IMG/VR virus record: IMGVR_UViG_3300033414_000006
Coordinates: 1-28,989 of that record
Direction: 5' to 3' (one strand)
DNA length: 28,989 nt
From: a virus
Lineage: Duplodnaviria > Caudoviricetes
Of this stretch, positions 24,205 to 28,989 are shown piece by piece. The position numbers and the translations under genes are program-made. The notes below the pieces were generated by a model. It saw nothing but the letters and a program-made list of their open reading frames with translations. It was not told the DNA's origin and did no database searches. How positions within the stretch are numbered: position 1 is the first letter of the stretch; each line of letters starts with the position of its first letter.

Positions 24205-25109
24205 GCTGATTTTCTCGATTTTGCGTGGCGGATGTTCTGGTGCTGGATGTATGCCAGCGTCTCAGGGCTGGGGGTGAGGCGTGGGGCGTCTTTGTAGGCG
24301 TTGGGCAATGACCACTCTGTTTGTGTTTTTCCGATTCGTTTAGTTATTACTCCTATCGATGATTTTGCCCTCCTTATTGATCCTGACTGTCCATTATATC
24401 CATGTTTAGACAACTCAATTAATACATCATTCAAAGATTTTGGCCCATCAGAGAGGATTTCTATTATCACTTTCTTAGCTCTGCTCAAAGCGGGGCTTCT
24501 ATCAATGTCATTCCTTATCGCTTTTTCTGGAGACCACCCTAGCTTGCGGATTCTTTGTCTAAAAGTAGATTCATCTATTTTATATTTTCTTGCGGCGTTT
24601 GCTATCGTTATGTATTCTCCATTGACATAAATAATCACATTTTTAGATGTGTTGTTTGCATTGATAATTTTTGTAACAAACCTACAATTATCTGGAGAAT
24701 ATCCTTTTTCATTATCTGCTCTATCTATTTCCTTTGATTCGTCATATCCATTATTGGTTGCCCATGTAATGAATGAATCAATACTATCCATCCATTCATC
24801 ACATATTTTGATTCCTCGCCCTCCATAGCGATGATACATTAATGATTTATCGTCATAACATCGCTGTCTCATTGCTCTATATATTGAGTATATTTTTTTT
24901 GATGAATGACCATGCGTTCTTGCCGAATCTTTCTGCAAGCACCCACATGATTTAGCATGTCCTCTTATCAGGTCATGAGATGTTATTTCTTTATCAATTC
25001 CGCAGTCACATCTACATAACCAGACTACGCTGCCACCCTTACGTCCGGCCTCAGAAATAACAGTAAGCCGCCCATATCTAGATCCACATAATTCGCGTTT
25101 ACTTGGCAT
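24201..25109 (-). CDS. HNH homing-endonuclease-like protein with C-terminal extension
   Basis: G.RYGRLTV, WLCRCDCG, KSCGCL, YGGRGIKICDEW and IDRADNEKGYSPDNCRF motifs; AT-rich. Confidence 0.85.
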   Translation of the reverse strand: MPSKRELCGSRYGRLTVISEAGRKGGSVVWLCRCDCGIDKEITSHDLIRGHAKSCGCLQKDSARTHGHSSKKIYSIYRAMRQRCYDDKSLMYHRYGGRGIKICDEWMDSIDSFITWATNNGYDESKEIDRADNEKGYSPDNCRFVTKIINANNTSKNVIIYVNGEYITIANAARKYKIDESTFRQRIRKLGWSPEKAIRNDIDRSPALSRAKKVIIEILSDGPKSLNDVLIELSKHGYNGQSGSIRRAKSSIGVITKRIGKTQTEWSLPNAYKDAPRLTPSPETLAYIQHQNIRHAKSRKSA

Positions 25110-26574
25110 ACGATCCCCTTATAAGTGAATTTTTTATAAAATTCATGACGTCACCTGCTGGCTTTGATGGCTTGCAGTGTTTTAGTCTAGCATCATTTGG
25201 CCAAACTGACATCATTTGCTTATAATTATGATTGGCCCATCCATCTTTATATCCATGCTCTTTTGCATACCATTTGAATCCTGCCATAAATCTTATTTTT
25301 TCATCCCATGGCATATTTCGATTGCGCTTTTCGGCGGCGTTCTCTTTGTCTGCTTTTGGCGAAAGTTGAACGAGTTCACCGGCTTCGTGCTCTATCGTGC
25401 TTTGTTTTTCTGGAGCGAATCCGCAGCATGGGCATATATGGACTTTTGCGGGCTTGACGAAATGACACTTCGCGCACGTCTTCGGCAACGGCTCTTCACG
25501 TTCCTTTTTATTCGATGAATTTTCTTTTTTCTTTCCGTCGTCAAGCTCAGATGGGAGTGGATCGGTTACAAACCCGAGCCGGGTTGTATTTCCAGCGTGA
25601 TCCAGCACTATGCAATCGTCCTTTCCCTCGCTTAATCTTAGCCCCCTGCCCTTCATTTGGATGTGCAGTATCAGGCTTTTAGTCGGCCTTCCAAGAATAA
25701 TGCATGAGGCATTCGGAGCGTCAAACCCTGTAGTAAGCACCCCCACAGAGGTCAGGAGTTTTATGTCACCCCTCTTGAAGGCGGATATGACCTCGTGGCG
25801 CTCTGAACTATCGGTGTAAGCGTCTATGTGCACCGCCTTTACTCCGGCGCGCACAAATTCACGCTCGATATGCTTTGAGTGCGCCACGTTGGTGGCAAAA
25901 CAGATTGTCTGTCTGTTCTGCCCCAGTTTCAGCCACGTCTCTACAATGTCGGCAACCAGCTTTGGCTTATCAACGGCCTCGTAAAGCTGCCCCTGGTGGT
26001 ACTCGCCAGCAACAATCTTGACGCCAGATAAATCGGGGGTGCTGGGGGCGTAAACTACGGCAGGAACCAGAAAGCCTTCATCCGTCAGCTGTTCCGTTGT
26101 TGCCCCAACAACGAGATTTGTGAAGTATTTCCCGAGTCCTTTTGAAAATGGCGTCGCCGAAAGTCCGATAAAAGGGATGTTGTTGTATGACTCGATCAAC
26201 TTTATGTGGGCTTTGTGCAGGCAGTGGACCTCATCTATGATGCAAAATCCCATGTCCGGCATGTTTCGCCTAGCGATGGTTTGAATGCTGGCAACCTGCA
26301 CGTCAGCTCTAGGGTTCCATTGGTAATGGTCTCCCTGTATCACGCCAACTGTAAGTCCGACGGCCTCCAGGTGGGCGACGCTCTGATCAACGAGGCTGAT
26401 TCGGTCTACAATGAAAACCGGCTTTCTTCCCTTTTCATAAGCCGATTTGATCAGGGTTGCAGCACAAATGCTCTTCCCACCGCCTGTGGCAAGCTGAAAT
26501 ATTTGGCATCTATGCCCATTCCTAAATCCTTCCCTTAGCTTATTTATGCCATCGGTTTGATATGGTCTTAGCAT
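25099..26574 (-). CDS. Superfamily 2 DEAD/DEAH-box DNA helicase with C-terminal Zn finger
   Basis: LRPYQ, ATGGGKS, DEVH, SAT, TGFD, QMKGRGLR and CAKC..CPCCG motifs. Confidence 0.95.
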   Translation of the reverse strand: MLRPYQTDGINKLREGFRNGHRCQIFQLATGGGKSICAATLIKSAYEKGRKPVFIVDRISLVDQSVAHLEAVGLTVGVIQGDHYQWNPRADVQVASIQTIARRNMPDMGFCIIDEVHCLHKAHIKLIESYNNIPFIGLSATPFSKGLGKYFTNLVVGATTEQLTDEGFLVPAVVYAPSTPDLSGVKIVAGEYHQGQLYEAVDKPKLVADIVETWLKLGQNRQTICFATNVAHSKHIEREFVRAGVKAVHIDAYTDSSERHEVISAFKRGDIKLLTSVGVLTTGFDAPNASCIILGRPTKSLILHIQMKGRGLRLSEGKDDCIVLDHAGNTTRLGFVTDPLPSELDDGKKKENSSNKKEREEPLPKTCAKCHFVKPAKVHICPCCGFAPEKQSTIEHEAGELVQLSPKADKENAAEKRNRNMPWDEKIRFMAGFKWYAKEHGYKDGWANHNYKQMMSVWPNDARLKHCKPSKPAGDVMNFIKNSLIRGSYAK

Positions 26575-27185
26575 GATGGATACTTCCGCTCACACAAGTA
26601 CCCGGGCGCTCCCTTAGAGACTCGCTTTCTAAGCGTGTTGACACTTATTCCTAAATGATTGGCGGCTAATTTTGCCGTTTCAAATGTCGAGCCATTGACG
26701 ATCCATCTCAGGCTATCTCTCTTGTTGTTAGCGTTTTGTGTCGGCGTGGCCCACCTGCAATTATCTACAGAATAATTCCCATTGTTATCTATCCTGTCTA
26801 TTTGATGATGAGGAGAAGGCTTTTCGCCCATATCTTCCAAGAATCCAACAAATCCACTCAACCATTTATCGCAAACAGAAATTCCGCGCCCACCGTAATT
26901 TTTATACAGAGCGTGCGCTGGATTTGTGCACCTCCCTATCATTTCCACCCACGTGTGATAAATCTTTGTTTTGGCGTATGAATGAATTGCTTTTCCTACG
27001 ACAATCAAACATCCACATGATTTTGTTTGTCCATTTTTTAAGTGACTACCAACAACAATGGAGGTTTTTCCACACTCACAAAGGCAGTTCCACCTTGAAT
27101 TCTTCGAGGAATTCCGCCCCGCAAACGATACTACGGAAAGTTTTCCGAAAGTTTTTCCAGTTAAATCTTCTGTTTTTGATTTCAT
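26568..27185 (-). CDS. HNH homing-endonuclease-like protein
   Basis: DLTGKTFGKL, WNCLCECG, YGGRGISVCDKW and IDRIDNNGNYSVDNCRWAT motifs; AAGGA RBS before the ATG at 27185. Confidence 0.88.
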   Translation of the reverse strand: MKSKTEDLTGKTFGKLSVVSFAGRNSSKNSRWNCLCECGKTSIVVGSHLKNGQTKSCGCLIVVGKAIHSYAKTKIYHTWVEMIGRCTNPAHALYKNYGGRGISVCDKWLSGFVGFLEDMGEKPSPHHQIDRIDNNGNYSVDNCRWATPTQNANNKRDSLRWIVNGSTFETAKLAANHLGISVNTLRKRVSKGAPGYLCERKYPSC

Positions 27186-27201
27186 AGCAGAATCCTTAAG
27201 G

Positions 27202-27276
27202 CAACCTGCCAGCAAGGAACCACCCTTGCCCAAGTTTGACGCCACAAGGTATACGCCGCCATTGTTTGGCAGGTTG
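27202..27276 (-). promoter_or_regulatory. Structured 5' leader (closing stem plus inner hairpins)
   Basis: CAACCTGCCA/TGGCAGGTTG inverted repeat encloses a GCAAGG/CCTTGC hairpin. Confidence 0.5.
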
Positions 27277-27406
27277 TCGTAAAGACTCTGAGATAATTTT
27301 TCATTTCGTGCCCTTGTGTGCAGCCGGGTGGTCAGCCCGATGGAATCATCGTATCAATTTTGTGTTCTTGGCTCAATAGCTCTCTGCTGGTAGGCACGCA
27401 GGGGGA

Positions 27407-28000
27407 TCATTTGCCACCACCCTGGTAGACCATACCGGCCTTTCCGCCCCCTCCACCGGTAGAAAATATCTCCCCGGTTTCAGGATCAAACGAAAAAAGA
27501 TCGGTGCCACTAGAAACTACGTTAATCAGCGATATTTCTGTGATGTTTAGGGGGGTAGGGTTATTTTTTTTACCGGCCACGCGCTGCTGCCAGCGGCAAA
27601 AATCTGAAAAACACTTGAGAATGGTGAGGGAGGTGGTGCGTCGACGGGTCTCTCGGTCCTTGGTGTAGCGGTGGAAGGTTATAAGGAGTCCAGCCTTGAC
27701 CAACCCCCTTATTCCCCGCTGAACGGTCGCTATGGACAGCCCCACGCGGTCTGCCATGGCCCTCTGCCCTGAGGTGGAGGCGAATTCCCGGCCCATCTCT
27801 CCGACTGCGGCGCAGATTGCCCGGAGGTTGGGAAGGGACACCCGGCAGATTTCCCGGACGTGCTCCAGCTCTTTGCGAAAATATTTAACGTGGTTGACGT
27901 ACCACGCGAAGGATTTTAGGTCGAACTCAAGCCCATAAGCGGGGTGATTGACTGGGTGGCACTCCGATGACTTCATCGGGTTATAAAAATAACTTCTCAT
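27407..28000 (-). CDS. Helix-turn-helix protein, putative replication initiator
   Basis: SGQRAMADRVGLSIATVQRGIRGLVKAGLL winged-HTH; upstream of the helicase; AAGGA RBS before the ATG at 28000. Confidence 0.65.
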   Translation of the reverse strand: MRSYFYNPMKSSECHPVNHPAYGLEFDLKSFAWYVNHVKYFRKELEHVREICRVSLPNLRAICAAVGEMGREFASTSGQRAMADRVGLSIATVQRGIRGLVKAGLLITFHRYTKDRETRRRTTSLTILKCFSDFCRWQQRVAGKKNNPTPLNITEISLINVVSSGTDLFSFDPETGEIFSTGGGGGKAGMVYQGGGK

Positions 28001-28131
28001 TATTGTTTCCTTTATCTGAATTTTCGATAAAGGATGCTTGCGATTAGTTACGTTATAACATAACATACTCGCGTACATCCCAGGGTACGCCACCCTAGAG
28101 CCATCACTCTATGATGGGTGGCTGTTTTTAA

Positions 28132-28896
28132 TTAATCATCGTTCTTCAATATACCGCAAATGTTTATCATTTGCGTTTCTTTAAAGCCCTTGTATACCCA
28201 GCTATCAAGTAGCTTGAATCCCGGCAATGCCCTCTTTACTATTTCAACTCTTGAGTCCTCGCCAGAGCCATTAAAGTACATGTCCCTGCCATACATCAAA
28301 GTTAAACAAATCACTGCGCCAGGAACTGCTACATTCTTTAAATTGTAGATTGCTAAGTAAGTATCTTTATTGAAAGATGACGTGAAGTCATACCAAATCG
28401 CAGTGTTATTTGTCAGTCCCCTAATAAGGGTGCCTGATTTATTTTCATTGTTTTTAGTATGGTCGCCAATTTGCTGTAGAATTAACTCATCAGTCAATGA
28501 AACTACATCTCCGCAGATATAAACAGCTCTGCTTGAACGCAATATCTCTATTTTATTTCCATACACATCCTTGCTTTTGTCGCATGGAGAATGCCCAATC
28601 ATATAAGCTTGTGCCTTATGAAAAATTTTTAAATCTTTCTCTACCCCGGTTATTATGGTGCTCTTCTCGCTAGATAGGTCTAGCATTCGTTCAAATATCC
28701 AGCCTTTTCCAGGTAATCCTAGGTATTTATGCCTAACCCCTTGCGCTTGATTATCAAGAATAATTTTTAGAATGCGCTCTCTTTGCTCTTGTTTTGTTTC
28801 TGACTTGAATTCATAGTCATTTGATGCGCGGTAATCTGTTTGCTTAGTGATATAGTGAAGTGGCTGTTGTGCTATATCAGAAATATTGCTTTTCAT
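28132..28896 (-). CDS. Putative class I SAM-dependent methyltransferase-fold protein
   Basis: YLGLPG, ITGVEKD, ICGDV and IWYDF in Rossmann motif order; AT-rich. Confidence 0.45.
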   Translation of the reverse strand: MKSNISDIAQQPLHYITKQTDYRASNDYEFKSETKQEQRERILKIILDNQAQGVRHKYLGLPGKGWIFERMLDLSSEKSTIITGVEKDLKIFHKAQAYMIGHSPCDKSKDVYGNKIEILRSSRAVYICGDVVSLTDELILQQIGDHTKNNENKSGTLIRGLTNNTAIWYDFTSSFNKDTYLAIYNLKNVAVPGAVICLTLMYGRDMYFNGSGEDSRVEIVKRALPGFKLLDSWVYKGFKETQMINICGILKNDD

Positions 28897-28907
28897 CCGT
28901 CAATCCT

Positions 28908-28989
28908 CTATGGCGGCTGGTCCTGGGTGAAAGTTACCCGGGAGGCCGACCTGTTGGTCTTTGATGAGGTACCAAGACCAGCCCCATAG
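28908..28989 (-). promoter_or_regulatory. Structured 5' leader (three-way junction)
   Basis: CTATGG-C-GGCTGGTC / GACCAGCC-CCATAG stem encloses two hairpins. Confidence 0.55.

Noticed and set aside
24201-27185. Group I intron or intein hosting the HNH genes
   Set aside because: The helicase ORF is continuous with all motifs present, and the HNH genes are free-standing with no flanking intron core.
27190-27400. tRNA gene in the structured intergenic region
   Set aside because: No T-loop GTTCRA or cloverleaf on either strand.

Overview
This window is a 29-kb segment of a tailed dsDNA phage or prophage with podovirus-like architecture and an N4-gp56-type major capsid, almost entirely on the minus strand. 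In transcription order (right to left) it carries a replication module (methyltransferase-like ORF, HTH initiator-like ORF, SF2 helicase flanked by two HNH endonucleases), small accessory ORFs, TerS/TerL, portal, scaffold, capsid, adaptor, nozzle, tail fibre, a lysis cassette and internal/ejection proteins. The main discovery is an integron-like cassette array at 21217-23290. It has three complete and two truncated attC sites plus an attI-like first site, and no integrase in the window. Every cassette ORF is inverted relative to the canonical attC orientation, and start/stop codons lie inside the attC loops. The cargo includes putative anti-defence genes (an RNA ligase and a Lar-family protein). 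Other observations are six GTGGG(G)A boxes phased at 42-43 bp around terS, an opposite-strand three-gene operon with a palindromic operator inside its promoter, an HNH insertion that appears to have swapped the helicase C-terminus, and two similar structured leaders. All calls are by eye from motifs and synteny; no searches were run.
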